NCBI GenBank assembly: GCA_964635905.1
Contig: CAZWPK010000001.1
Location: 224,293-288,292, forward strand
Reading direction: 5' to 3'
Source: an uncultured Pseudomonadales bacterium
Lineage (GTDB): Bacteria; Patescibacteriota; Microgenomatia; UBA1400; UBA12028
DNA length: 64,000 nt
Below the pieces are notes generated by a model. It made no database searches. It worked only from the letters and a program-made list of their open reading frames with translations, and had not been told where the DNA came from. The position numbers and the translations under genes are program-made. Of the stretch, positions 8,983 to 18,597 are shown one piece after another; within the stretch, counting starts at the first letter, position 1; every line of letters begins with the position of its first letter.

Positions 8983-9617
8983 CCCTTGATCGACAAATTG
9001 CTCTAGACCTACTGGAAATCAAAGCAGTGGGTTTTTCCCTGCAAAAACCCATTACCTTTAAGTCCGGAATGCTCTCTCCCATCTATGTCGATAATCGTCG
9101 CTTCCCATACTATCCCACAGCCTGGAAGCACGTGATTGAAGGATTTGGTGAACTACTAACGAAAAACAATCTCGCTCCAGAAACCATTGCCGGTATTGAA
9201 ACGGCGGGGATTCCACATAGTGCAGCACTCGGTTTCCACTTGCAGACACCCTCTGTGTTTGTACGGAAGGCTCTTAAAGATCATGGAACCAAAAAGCGTG
9301 TGGAAGGGGGAGAAGTGACAGGGAGGAATGTGCTGTTAATTGAAGATCACGTTACCACTGGTGAATCGAGCTTAAGTGGTCTTCAAGCACTACGGGACGA
9401 GGGGGCAACGGTGCCGACCTGTCTAAGTATCACTTCCTATGCATTTCCCGAGACTCGTAAACGTTTTGAGGAAGCGCAGGTAAAGTTGTTTACGTTGACA
9501 ACCTTTCCAGTAATCCTCGATGTAGCAATGGAACAAGGATATTTTAATCAATCTCAAAAAGCCTCCATTCAAACCTGGTTTGAAAATCCCTGGGAATGGA
9601 AGGAAGCAAAGGAATAA
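8979..9617 (+). CDS. pyrE: Orotate phosphoribosyltransferase
   Basis: FKSGMLSPIYVDNR, VRKALKDHG and PRPP motif LIEDHVTTGES. Confidence 0.92.
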   Translation: MTLDRQIALDLLEIKAVGFSLQKPITFKSGMLSPIYVDNRRFPYYPTAWKHVIEGFGELLTKNNLAPETIAGIETAGIPHSAALGFHLQTPSVFVRKALKDHGTKKRVEGGEVTGRNVLLIEDHVTTGESSLSGLQALRDEGATVPTCLSITSYAFPETRKRFEEAQVKLFTLTTFPVILDVAMEQGYFNQSQKASIQTWFENPWEWKEAKE

Positions 9618-9621
9618 CCCT

Positions 9622-10425
9622 ATGACCGCAATGGAAAAATACCGAGCCCGAGTCAAAGAATCCGGAACGCTTCTGTGTGTCGGACTCGACAGTGACATGG
9701 ACAAGATTCCGAAGCGATTTAAAGACTCCAAAACTCCGCAGTTTGATTTCAACACATGGATCATTGACCAAACCTACGACTCTGCGTGTGCCTACAAACC
9801 CAATCTGGCTTTCTATGAAGCGCGTGGTGAACAGGGAATCCATGAACTTCAACTAACCATGGACTATCTGCGGGCAAAGCATCCAACAATCTTTACCATC
9901 GCCGATGCGAAACGGGGAGATATTGGCAATACCAATCAAGGGTACGTAACAGCCATCTTTGATACGCTCGGTTTTGATGCGGTGACGTTGCATCCCTATC
10001 TTGGACAGGAAGCCATTCAACCATTCCTGGACCGCAAGGACAAAGTTAGTATTTTCCTCTGCAAAACCTCAAACCCCGGGGCAGGTGAATTTCAAGATTT
10101 ACTCCTCGATGGCAAACCGCTCTGGATGCACGTTGCAACGGCGGTATCAAGGAAATGGAACACTAACAATAACTGTATGTTGGTTGTGGGGGCAACCTAT
10201 CCAACCGAGCTACAAGCGATTCGGAAAACTGTAGGCTCGATGCCATTTTTGGTTCCCGGAGTTGGAGCACAAGGAGGGGATATCCACGAGGTGCTACAGG
10301 CAGGATTAAGTGCAAACAAGAGCGATCTCCTCATCAATGTCTCGCGCACTATTCTCTTTGCTAACGATCCAAAATCGGAAGCAGTGAAACTTACAAAGAT
10401 CATGAAAGAGTACTTACAGAAATAA
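9622..10425 (+). CDS. pyrF: Orotidine-5'-phosphate decarboxylase
   Basis: LCVGLD, YKPNLAFYE, DAKRGDIGNT, KTSNPG, VVGAT and LVPGVGAQGG; ATG at 9622. Confidence 0.95.
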   Translation: MTAMEKYRARVKESGTLLCVGLDSDMDKIPKRFKDSKTPQFDFNTWIIDQTYDSACAYKPNLAFYEARGEQGIHELQLTMDYLRAKHPTIFTIADAKRGDIGNTNQGYVTAIFDTLGFDAVTLHPYLGQEAIQPFLDRKDKVSIFLCKTSNPGAGEFQDLLLDGKPLWMHVATAVSRKWNTNNNCMLVVGATYPTELQAIRKTVGSMPFLVPGVGAQGGDIHEVLQAGLSANKSDLLINVSRTILFANDPKSEAVKLTKIMKEYLQK

Positions 10426-10644
10426 TATAACCAGTATTGTAAGAAAAGACGGATCCATCAATCAAAAACTGACACTTGCGATGGAAAAATACAGTGGAGT
10501 ATAGTAGATTAAGTAAGTCACAAAACAGTATAGGTAGTGTGTTCGACATCCATTTATATGCGTCGAATTTTTTTTAGGGCAAAAATCACCCAAACACCGA
10601 CTTGCCTCGTTGTAAAAGGCAATGATTTCGACTCCTTTTTTCAC

Positions 10645-10670
10645 TCCCGCCTGACAGCGGGATTTTTTTT
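10645..10670 (+). terminator. Intrinsic terminator directly upstream of an orphan ORF
   Basis: TCCCGC-ctgaca-GCGGGA plus T8. Confidence 0.75.
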
Positions 10671-10690
10671 GATCATTGATAGGAGTGTGT

Positions 10691-12043
10691 ATGCTTAACC
10701 GTCAGGAAACAAGCCCATTTCGTTGGTCTAGAAATGAACTAGAAGCCATTGTGGCTATTCAACCGAAAGCTAGAACCACAGAGCCCTTCAGTCAACCGCG
10801 AATGTCCGCCATAGAATCTGAATCTCAAACACAGCTTTCTCAACATGATGTCGATACGATCTTTTTAAGTTCCATTGCTGCAATTTTTATTCGCTCGGAA
10901 CCAAACAGCTTTAAGTTCGATTCATTAATCAGATTACTGCGAGGATATTTTGGTGATTCCAAAGTACAGCATCAACCAGAAGAAATTGATGAAACGCAAT
11001 ACAACAAATTACCCACTATTCAGGCGCGTCCAGCGGTTATTGCAGCAATGAAAGCAGATGCTAGTTTATTGTTTAACTCCGTTGATGAGGATGCGCGATT
11101 CAAGGTCATCCTTGAGCTACTGCGTTCGCACGAAAAAGCTCCAGAAAGAATTGATGGAAGTGAAATAGGCACAGAGGTCCTGTTTCGAGGAAATGACGTC
11201 ATGGCAAACTTGGATATCGGGAACGGCATAACTTCCTTATTCAAGCCACCCAGCGAAATTCAAACCAAAACACAGCTGTTTGACTATTTAGTGGCACATT
11301 TTGAACAGGATGCAGAAGATGCTGTACAACCCTCACTAATTACGATGGATTGGAAAGCGGCCGAGGCGTTGTATGCTGCAAGGGAAAATGTCGGTGTAAC
11401 TCAGGAATCAACAATCCGAATTTTGATGCAACGACCAGATAGAGCATTTTTGTTTTGCTATTTATTCGGAACGAAAGATCCTAGTATGCCACCGGAATAT
11501 CAAGCAACGGCAAGAAAATTCGAATCCATTTATCAACGGGTAAAACTAGAAGGAGATCGCACTCCAGAAGTAATGGAACGACTACGAGGATGGACTCCCG
11601 AACATGGAGCTAAAAACCCAGAAAAGGTAAACGGAGGATTTCAAGGAGACACAATCTTTTTTCAAGAACTACTGTTTGAATCCATTGATGGCATTCATAA
11701 AGCGTCACCAGAATTTGAAGGAAAAGCTGCAACTGCCGTTGCTCTGGTTCGAGGGGAGCCGGTGTTATTTATGGATACGCTTAGAAAACTTGCAGATATT
11801 TTAAGTAGAATCGATAGGAATCTTCCTTTTCCAGAAAATGAGACGACTCTGCAGTGGAGAGAAGTGCAAGATCAATTGGCCGATGTATTTTCACACCATC
11901 CTCAACGAGAAACAATATTTTCTGGCCGCTGGTTTGATGCGTCACCGGACCGAAATCCAAATTATCACATTGATGTAGCTGCGATTCGCTTTTACGTTTA
12001 CGCGCATAAAGCGCTATTACTTCCACCAACTATGTTACAATAG
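10691..12043 (+). CDS. Hypothetical protein (orphan)
   Basis: ~450-aa ORF with SD AGGAG before the ATG at 10691. Confidence 0.75.
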   Translation: MLNRQETSPFRWSRNELEAIVAIQPKARTTEPFSQPRMSAIESESQTQLSQHDVDTIFLSSIAAIFIRSEPNSFKFDSLIRLLRGYFGDSKVQHQPEEIDETQYNKLPTIQARPAVIAAMKADASLLFNSVDEDARFKVILELLRSHEKAPERIDGSEIGTEVLFRGNDVMANLDIGNGITSLFKPPSEIQTKTQLFDYLVAHFEQDAEDAVQPSLITMDWKAAEALYAARENVGVTQESTIRILMQRPDRAFLFCYLFGTKDPSMPPEYQATARKFESIYQRVKLEGDRTPEVMERLRGWTPEHGAKNPEKVNGGFQGDTIFFQELLFESIDGIHKASPEFEGKAATAVALVRGEPVLFMDTLRKLADILSRIDRNLPFPENETTLQWREVQDQLADVFSHHPQRETIFSGRWFDASPDRNPNYHIDVAAIRFYVYAHKALLLPPTMLQ

Positions 12044-12047
12044 CGCG

Positions 12048-12407
12048 ATGATTATTGACTCTAAAGGATCCGGATTCTCATTGTTCATTCACGCTGATAT
12101 TGGTAGCTCAGGCATCGAGTGGTTTGTTGCAGACGATGCTCAAATCAACGATGTACTCCGGTCTTTTCAGCTTGCTCAGCCTATGGCTATTCGTCTTATT
12201 CAGGTTGCCCAATCAACGGATCAATCAACCTTTAACGCTACTGATAAAGCCCTGCATGCTGTTTTAGAGAGTATGCCTGATGAGAAAAGTAAGCTTGAGC
12301 AAAAAGTTCAAACAGTCCAGGATCTAGTGAAATTATCACAAGCAGTTTTGCGGTATATTGCTCAAAATGCAGGTGTTTACGAGATTCCAACAATGAGACG
12401 TGGTTGA
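12048..12407 (+). CDS. Hypothetical protein
   Basis: 119-aa ORF preceded by TACAAT-6nt-ATG. Confidence 0.6.
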   Translation: MIIDSKGSGFSLFIHADIGSSGIEWFVADDAQINDVLRSFQLAQPMAIRLIQVAQSTDQSTFNATDKALHAVLESMPDEKSKLEQKVQTVQDLVKLSQAVLRYIAQNAGVYEIPTMRRG

Positions 12408-12421
12408 TAAAAACCCCCAAT

Positions 12422-12676
12422 TTGCTATTTATTTCATTTTTGGTATACTATTTAAAAGTGGAAAGTCTCATTTGAGCACCCACTTTTGATCCAAGAAACG
12501 TCAGTCCGACAATCGGACGGAAACCAAGTCATCAAAAGGCAGGGTGTTTTTTATTACCCTACCCGAGTAATATCATGAGACACACGATTCAAACCAACCA
12601 AGGGATGCAACACATTTGTTCAGGTAAACCTGTGCAACATGAAGGATGGACCCGCCAATAGTAGGCGGGTTTTTTT
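12422..12676 (+). promoter_or_regulatory. Promoter plus ~220-nt structured leader ending in an intrinsic terminator
   Basis: TTGCTA-16-TATACT. Hairpins AAAAGTGG/CCACTTTT, GTCCGA/TCGGAC, AGGGT/ACCCT and CAGG/CCTG. Terminator ACCCGCC-aatagta-GGCGGGT-T6 abuts the ATG at 12677. Confidence 0.6.
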
Positions 12677-13462
12677 ATGGCAAGACAAGAAGGTCAAAGC
12701 TACCACGTCGTTGCAACTGGAAAATCCTCTACAGTAGATGTGGTGGAACGGGTGTATGGCATCACAGCCAGTGCGATAAATCCCGAAGATGTTGCCAGAT
12801 CTAGAGAACCATTAAGCGAAAGCGCATGGACGCAAGCTTCTTGGAAAGCAGCAATTCTCGCAGACGCGGCCAGAAGGGGATATATCAAAGAAGGGCCTGC
12901 AACAATTCTTGCGGCGGATACTGTCTATCTTCACAACGGTGTTGCATTACATAAACCGGGGAATGAATACGGTCGAACTCCCTATGGTGAAGACGGCACA
13001 TTAAGTCAGGAACAGGTAGAATATTACATCCAAGAAACGGAGAGATTATTTTCAGCTGCATTTAACGCTAAATGGGAAGTTGCAATTATTTATCATGAAC
13101 TTGGGCGTAAGAATCGTTCTGCTATTTTAGAAGTTACGACAGCTTTTCCCCAAGGTGTGTCCCCAGAACATATCCGTGAAAACTTTCGACCAGAATTGAA
13201 TACTAGAATTCCACTATTAGAACTTGCAATACAGCAAGAACAAAAACTATTGATTTCCAATGGAGGAAGAGGAGAACAAGCAGAAGCGCATCCAGATTTG
13301 GCGTTACAACTCATTGTAGATCGAGTGCTTAGTCCTGGCATGTTCGCGAACTTAATAGATGGTACTCCAACTGGAAAAAAACGCGATAAATTTGGTAGTC
13401 GTAATATAATAGAAATTGACTTATCCAGAGAAGAATTGGTCAGAAAAGCAACCAGAGACTAA
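12677..13462 (+). CDS. Divergent Maf-like (NTP pyrophosphatase fold) protein
   Basis: ASWKAA and ILAADTVYLHNGVALHKPG resemble the Maf A-x2-KA and ADT-V...KP motifs. Confidence 0.55.
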   Translation: MARQEGQSYHVVATGKSSTVDVVERVYGITASAINPEDVARSREPLSESAWTQASWKAAILADAARRGYIKEGPATILAADTVYLHNGVALHKPGNEYGRTPYGEDGTLSQEQVEYYIQETERLFSAAFNAKWEVAIIYHELGRKNRSAILEVTTAFPQGVSPEHIRENFRPELNTRIPLLELAIQQEQKLLISNGGRGEQAEAHPDLALQLIVDRVLSPGMFANLIDGTPTGKKRDKFGSRNIIEIDLSREELVRKATRD

Positions 13463-13499
13463 GTATTTTTATTTTTGAGGTATAATACATCAGAATCGT

Positions 13500-13763
13500 A
13501 TGGCTGACAGATTAAAACCGATCAGAGTGGAAAATATAGCGGGAACGATGACTCTCGTTTTCCCCGATGAGGCTGTGCTTGAAGAGACAGATCGCCATTG
13601 GATTATCTGGAAAGATAAAAACCGAAAGGATACCTTAACGATGATCTCAAAAGGAGACCGTGATACTTTTGGTTTGGCCATGCAACTGTTTGCAATGATG
13701 GGAAATATGGCAGAGGAGAAATTTGATGCTGTTCGACTTCCCAGGGCTGCTAGTAGACGGTAA
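13500..13763 (+). CDS. Hypothetical protein
   Basis: 87-aa ORF with an upstream TATAAT and its own terminator. Confidence 0.6.
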   Translation: MADRLKPIRVENIAGTMTLVFPDEAVLEETDRHWIIWKDKNRKDTLTMISKGDRDTFGLAMQLFAMMGNMAEEKFDAVRLPRAASRR

Positions 13764-13787
13764 TTGCTGATGAAGGATTTTGTATTT

Positions 13788-13807
13788 CCCGCTCCCGCGG
13801 GTTTTTT
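13788..13807 (+). terminator. Intrinsic terminator
   Basis: CCCGC-tccc-GCGGG plus T6. Confidence 0.65.
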
Positions 13808-13867
13808 AATGCCTCTGGTGATCTAGTCTCAATCGTACTAAAATGACGCGGTAAGACGTAGAGATCT

Positions 13868-14641
13868 ATGTTTTCTGAACAAAACTCTATCGAAATATTG
13901 CAACATGAAGTCTCTCCCTTCCCAGAGACTGTGATTATTCTTGGTTCCGGTTGGAACAAAATCCTTTCCAAAATCAAAGTAGAATGTGAAATAGACTACG
14001 AAGTCCTCTTTGGGGTCCAAGCAACAGTTCCCGGACACCTTGGTAAATTAATTATCGCCAAGATTGGTAAAAAACGCGTAGCCTTCATGTCGGGAAGGCT
14101 CCACATGTATGAAGGATATACAGCAAGGGAAGCAACCAGTCCAATCCGGGTCTTTGCCAGTCTTGGGATGAAAAATCTGATACTCACCTCTGCTTCCGGA
14201 GCTTTAAACGAGAAGTACAAAGTAGGCGACTTTGTTGTGATCTCCGATCTCCTCACGCTGTTTATGTCCTTAGATAATCCACTGATTGGCCCAGAATTTC
14301 TGGACATGTCCTCGGTATTCTGTCCAGAATGGAGACTTAAAGCGATGCAGATTCTAGCATCCGAAAAAATCGTATTCCATGAAGGAGTCTATTGTTATTA
14401 TCATGGCCCCAACTATGAAACTCCCGCAGATAAGATGGCGTTACGCTTCCTTGGAGCGGATGTGGTCGGTATGAGTGTGGTGCCTGAAACCATCATGGCG
14501 CGTTCCTTGAATGTCAATGTTCTCGGTCTGTCGTTTGTCACTAATCTCGCCTTTGTGAAACATGACCATACGGATGTCGTCGCGCAAGCGAATAAAGCGA
14601 GTGCGCAGATGAGTAAGCTCTTGCTAGGGTTACTTGCATAA
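13868..14641 (+). CDS. punA: Purine-nucleoside phosphorylase (trimeric, family 2)
   Basis: IILGSG, VPGHLG, GRLHMYEG, GPNYETPA, VGMS and TNLA. Confidence 0.92.
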   Translation: MFSEQNSIEILQHEVSPFPETVIILGSGWNKILSKIKVECEIDYEVLFGVQATVPGHLGKLIIAKIGKKRVAFMSGRLHMYEGYTAREATSPIRVFASLGMKNLILTSASGALNEKYKVGDFVVISDLLTLFMSLDNPLIGPEFLDMSSVFCPEWRLKAMQILASEKIVFHEGVYCYYHGPNYETPADKMALRFLGADVVGMSVVPETIMARSLNVNVLGLSFVTNLAFVKHDHTDVVAQANKASAQMSKLLLGLLA

Positions 14642-14679
14642 GGGTCTTTCCTCAAGCCAATCGTGATACACTATCCATC

Positions 14680-15984
14680 ATGAACGATCCTATTTTTGAT
14701 CTAATTTCCAAGGAAGAGTTGCGTCAGCAGGAAACGCTGATGCTGATCCCATCTGAAAACTACGCAAGCAAAGAAGTTCGCGCTGCGGTGGGGAGTGTCC
14801 TTCTAAACAAATACTCCGAAGGATATCCTGGACGTCGCTACTACGAAGGCAATGAAGTGATCGATCAGATCGAAACCTTGGCAATCACCCGTGCCAAGGA
14901 CCTCTTCAAGGTTCCATACGCAAACGTGCAACCGTATTCTGGAAGCCCAGCTAACAGTGAGATCCTGTTTGCCTTAGCTCAACCGGGAGATACTATTTTA
15001 GGTCTTTCCTTATCCTCCGGTGGACATCTCACCCATGGCCATCCAAAGGTAACCTTCTCGGGTCGCTACTATACCAGTGTGCAATTTGGACTAGACTCCC
15101 AAGCTCGCATTGACTATGACCAGATGGAACGATTAGCAATCGAACACAAGCCCAAGGTAATTATCTTGGGAACTACCGCCTATCCATTTGTGTTAGATTT
15201 TCAACGTGCACGAGCGATTGCAGACAAAGTGGGAGCGTACTTAGTTGCCGACATTTCGCACATTGTTGCCTTAGTCATCGCGGGTCTTCATCCGTCTCCG
15301 GTTCCTCATGCCCATGTCATCATGAGTACCACGCATAAGAGTTTACGTGGTCCACGCGGAGCGATGATCCTGGTGACCCAAGCCGGATTAGATAAGGAAC
15401 CGACTTTGGGACAGAAAATCGATGCTGCGGTAATCCCTGGAATGCAAGGTGGTCCGCATAACAACACAACCGCTGGGATCGCCATTGCACTGGAGCAGGC
15501 AAAAACACCAGACTACCTGGAATACGCACAGCGGATAATTGCGAATGCCCAAGCTCTATCTAGAGCACTTCAAGCTAACGGGATCTCCTTGGTAGGCAAG
15601 GGAACAGAAAACCATCTGATGGTTTTAGATTTTTCAGCGCAAGGTGTGGGTGCTGGAGTACTGGTTGCCAAGGCCATGCACGCTGCCGGACTGGTCGCCA
15701 ACTTTAACTCCGTTCCTGGGGATAAAAGCCCATTCTATCCTTCTGGTGTTCGCATTGGTACGCCAGCTATGACCACCCGTGGGCTCCAGCCTACTCACAT
15801 GCAGCACGTTGCAGATTGGATCAAGCAAGTTGTGGAAACGATCGCTGATGAAAAAATGCCGGAGGAGAAGTCTGCCCGAGCTAGTTTTGTTTCGGATTTT
15901 TCAATGCGAATGCACTCCAACTCAACCCTTGCAACTATTCGAGAGGAAGTAAAACTTCTTCTCTCGGAGTTTCCGCTGTCGTAG
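14680..15984 (+). CDS. glyA: Serine hydroxymethyltransferase
   Basis: LIPSEN, NKYSEGYPGRRYYEG, GGHLTHG and PLP motif TTHKSLRGPRG. Confidence 0.97.
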   Translation: MNDPIFDLISKEELRQQETLMLIPSENYASKEVRAAVGSVLLNKYSEGYPGRRYYEGNEVIDQIETLAITRAKDLFKVPYANVQPYSGSPANSEILFALAQPGDTILGLSLSSGGHLTHGHPKVTFSGRYYTSVQFGLDSQARIDYDQMERLAIEHKPKVIILGTTAYPFVLDFQRARAIADKVGAYLVADISHIVALVIAGLHPSPVPHAHVIMSTTHKSLRGPRGAMILVTQAGLDKEPTLGQKIDAAVIPGMQGGPHNNTTAGIAIALEQAKTPDYLEYAQRIIANAQALSRALQANGISLVGKGTENHLMVLDFSAQGVGAGVLVAKAMHAAGLVANFNSVPGDKSPFYPSGVRIGTPAMTTRGLQPTHMQHVADWIKQVVETIADEKMPEEKSARASFVSDFSMRMHSNSTLATIREEVKLLLSEFPLS

Positions 15985-16573
15985 CCAATTCCTTTTCACG
16001 TTGTTCGAGTAGTGGTTCAAGTTGTCCCTGGATGCTCTCATACAGTGACGTAACATACGGGTTTCCCAACGCCGCTATCTCTTTCTTTCCATACTCTCTG
16101 GTATGTGCGCCTAATTCTTCTTTAAATAAGTGGTCTTTTCCAGCTTCTAAATGTTGGAGGAGCGTCTCAATCCGATCCAGAGCTTTTGCCAATTTGGATT
16201 CCAAGGATTGCTGGGCATCGTACTCATCGAGGATCGTCAGATAGTGATGTTGTAACGGGACTGGTAGTGAAGCAAAAACAAATTCTGCTGCTTCCTTCTC
16301 CGATGCCTTATCGGATGCCTGCTTTTTAAATCCAGGAATATCTCCATGCACGACTTCGCAAAGATCATGAATCAATAACATCGTTTGCATTTTGACAGGG
16401 TCAACGGCAAAGTGCTCAGATTCCTGAACGAGTGAAAATAACAGTAAAAGTCTCCACGTATGTTCTGCTGTACTTTCTTGACGACCAGTTGTTGTCCAGT
16501 TATGCCGCAATGTGCTTTTGAGTTTTTCGGCGGTGGATAAGAATTGGAGGAGATTGGATAGTGGTACGGTCAT
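15935..16573 (-). CDS. HD-domain hydrolase (YfbR/HDDC2-like 5'-deoxynucleotidase family)
   Basis: LKSTLRHNW, ESTAEHTWR, IHDLCE, GDIP and KALDRIE. Confidence 0.85.
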   Translation of the reverse strand: MTVPLSNLLQFLSTAEKLKSTLRHNWTTTGRQESTAEHTWRLLLLFSLVQESEHFAVDPVKMQTMLLIHDLCEVVHGDIPGFKKQASDKASEKEAAEFVFASLPVPLQHHYLTILDEYDAQQSLESKLAKALDRIETLLQHLEAGKDHLFKEELGAHTREYGKKEIAALGNPYVTSLYESIQGQLEPLLEQREKELATTAETPREEVLLPLE

Positions 16574-16659
16574 GGTTCTATTCTAACGCAGAAATCACGA
16601 ACCCAGGACGAACACGGCGTGGTAGACTACAATTACCAATTTTTTCTAAAGGAATAACT

Positions 16660-17514
16660 ATGGCCACACCTCGATTAATCGGAGCCCATGTCAGCGCCCA
16701 AGGAGGTATCGCGAATGCCCCCAAACGTGCCGCAGATATTGGGTGTAACTATGTTCAAATCTTTTCCGATAGTCCTCGAGTTTGGCAGCGTCGCATGGTC
16801 ACCGATGAGAACTGCGCACTCTTTGTGAAGAACTGTGAAGACAACGGTATTTTGGGCAATGTCATCCATGCGCTCTACTTAAATAATTTAGCGTCCGATA
16901 AACCAGAACTTGTTGAGAAATCGATCATGAGTTTGGCCTTTGATTTGCAACTTGCTCCTAAGATCAAATCCACTGGCGTAGTGGTGCACGTAGGTAGCTA
17001 TAGTAAACGGGACTGGAATTCGTGTAGTGATCAGGTTGTCAAAAATATCGCAACTCTTCTGGAACAAAGCCCCGATGATTCCGTGTTCTTGATTGAAAAC
17101 TCCGCAGGACAGGGTGGAAAAGTAGGGTCTGATTTGCGCGAGATTAAAACCATGATCGATCAGCTCCAAGCAGGGAAGAGAGTGGGAGTCTGTATTGATT
17201 CTTGTCATGCATTTGCAGCCGGATACGCTTTGGTCCCGATGGAAGGGGAAAAACTCCTCTACGATTGGTTGGAACAATTAAACCTTGTGGAACATCTGCG
17301 CGTCCTGCACGTCAACGATTCCCGTGATGAATACTTTTCGCATAAGGATCGCCACGCAAATATCAATGACGGACAGATTGGAAAAGAAACACTCGCTCAT
17401 TTTGTCAATCATCCCATGTTTGCGTCGCTTCCCATCGTCTTGGAAGTACCTGGACTTGAAAACGAAGGTCCCGATGCTGAAAACATTAATCGCTTAAAAG
17501 CACTACTCACCTAA
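16660..17514 (+). CDS. nfo: Endonuclease IV
   Basis: IGAHVS, IHALYLNNL, VVHVG, IENSAG, CIDSCHAFAAG and HVNDS...KDRH. Confidence 0.95.
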   Translation: MATPRLIGAHVSAQGGIANAPKRAADIGCNYVQIFSDSPRVWQRRMVTDENCALFVKNCEDNGILGNVIHALYLNNLASDKPELVEKSIMSLAFDLQLAPKIKSTGVVVHVGSYSKRDWNSCSDQVVKNIATLLEQSPDDSVFLIENSAGQGGKVGSDLREIKTMIDQLQAGKRVGVCIDSCHAFAAGYALVPMEGEKLLYDWLEQLNLVEHLRVLHVNDSRDEYFSHKDRHANINDGQIGKETLAHFVNHPMFASLPIVLEVPGLENEGPDAENINRLKALLT

Positions 17515-17520
17515 GTCTGT

Positions 17521-18414
17521 ATGGCTATTCGTTTTGATGGAAAAGCATTTGCGGCTGCCAAAGAACAGGGTCTTGCTGAGAAAGTACAGACACTCAAAGA
17601 GTCTGGTCGACCAATTGTGGTGCAGACGACAACCTTTCAAGAGGACGCCGGTAGTCAGTTATATACCAAACTAAAACAACAGGCTGCCACGCGGATTGGC
17701 ATAGATTATCAATCGCATGTGGTATCGTTTCATGATCCCGTGGATCAGTTAGTTACTTCAATTCAAGCAAGTTCCGAGAATCCCTCTGTTACGGGCGTCA
17801 TGGTACAAAAACCTAGTAAACAGGTATGGATGCAGGAAACAGGGAAGGATGATACAGCCTTTCAGGCTTGGTGGCAGCAGCTCACCGATGCGATCGCACC
17901 CCAGAAAGATGTCGACTGTTTAACCCAAGCAAATCTGGATGCAATTTTGAACTCCACATCCTACGCACCCTCGCAATTGCTTCCCGCAACTGTTTCAGCA
18001 TGTCTATCAATACTAAATGAAGCCCGGATCGCAGTAGACCAAACGGAGGAGGAATGGAACGACAGAAAAATCCTCGTTGTGGGGCGATCGGCAATTGTGG
18101 GGAAACCATTGGCACACATGCTCACACTCGCTGGGCATTCGGTTGTGAATGTCGGTAAAGATTTCTCGAGTGTTAATTCCACAGAATTTCCGATTATCAT
18201 TTCCGCTGTTGGGGTTCCCAACCTGATTGGTGGGTCGCAGGTTTCCGATCAAAGCATTTTAATTGATGTGGGCTCTCCGCAAGGAGATTTTGATGTTGCC
18301 ACCGTTGAACGAAAGGCACTTTTTTACACACCCGTTCCTGGTGGGGTTGGGCCAGTCACCATCAGCTGTCTGCTTGATAACTGTCTACAAATTGCCACAA
18401 TTCTCGTGGGGTAG
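17521..18414 (+). CDS. folD: Methylenetetrahydrofolate dehydrogenase/cyclohydrolase
   Basis: YTKLK, KDVD, GRSAIVGKP, IDVG and TPVPGGVGPVT. Confidence 0.92.
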   Translation: MAIRFDGKAFAAAKEQGLAEKVQTLKESGRPIVVQTTTFQEDAGSQLYTKLKQQAATRIGIDYQSHVVSFHDPVDQLVTSIQASSENPSVTGVMVQKPSKQVWMQETGKDDTAFQAWWQQLTDAIAPQKDVDCLTQANLDAILNSTSYAPSQLLPATVSACLSILNEARIAVDQTEEEWNDRKILVVGRSAIVGKPLAHMLTLAGHSVVNVGKDFSSVNSTEFPIIISAVGVPNLIGGSQVSDQSILIDVGSPQGDFDVATVERKALFYTPVPGGVGPVTISCLLDNCLQIATILVG

Positions 18415-18450
18415 AATGGTCGACGTTAGTACGCACTTTTGATTTCTAGC

Positions 18451-18568
18451 TTGACCTATAGTATGTCTTTTGCTATACTACCCCTTATCTCCACAACGCC
18501 TTGACCCAAAGTTTTTGGGTAATTACAACCGGCCAGAGATATCGTAAACGATATTGGGCTGGTTTTTT
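18451..18568 (+). promoter_or_regulatory. Sigma70 promoter, short leader and terminator before a Nudix-like orphan
   Basis: TTGACC-17-TATACT with extended TG. Hairpin ACCCAAA/TTTGGGT. Terminator AACCGGCC..ATATCG-taaa-CGATAT..GGCTGGTT-T4. Confidence 0.6.
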
Positions 18569-18597
18569 CTAGCTCAACATAGCCGGAGGCTTTTTGG

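Noticed and set aside
12595-12615. Possible second T-box (AACCAAGGGATGCAACAC)
   Set aside because: It lacks the UGGNACC bulge needed to pair with tRNA NCCA.
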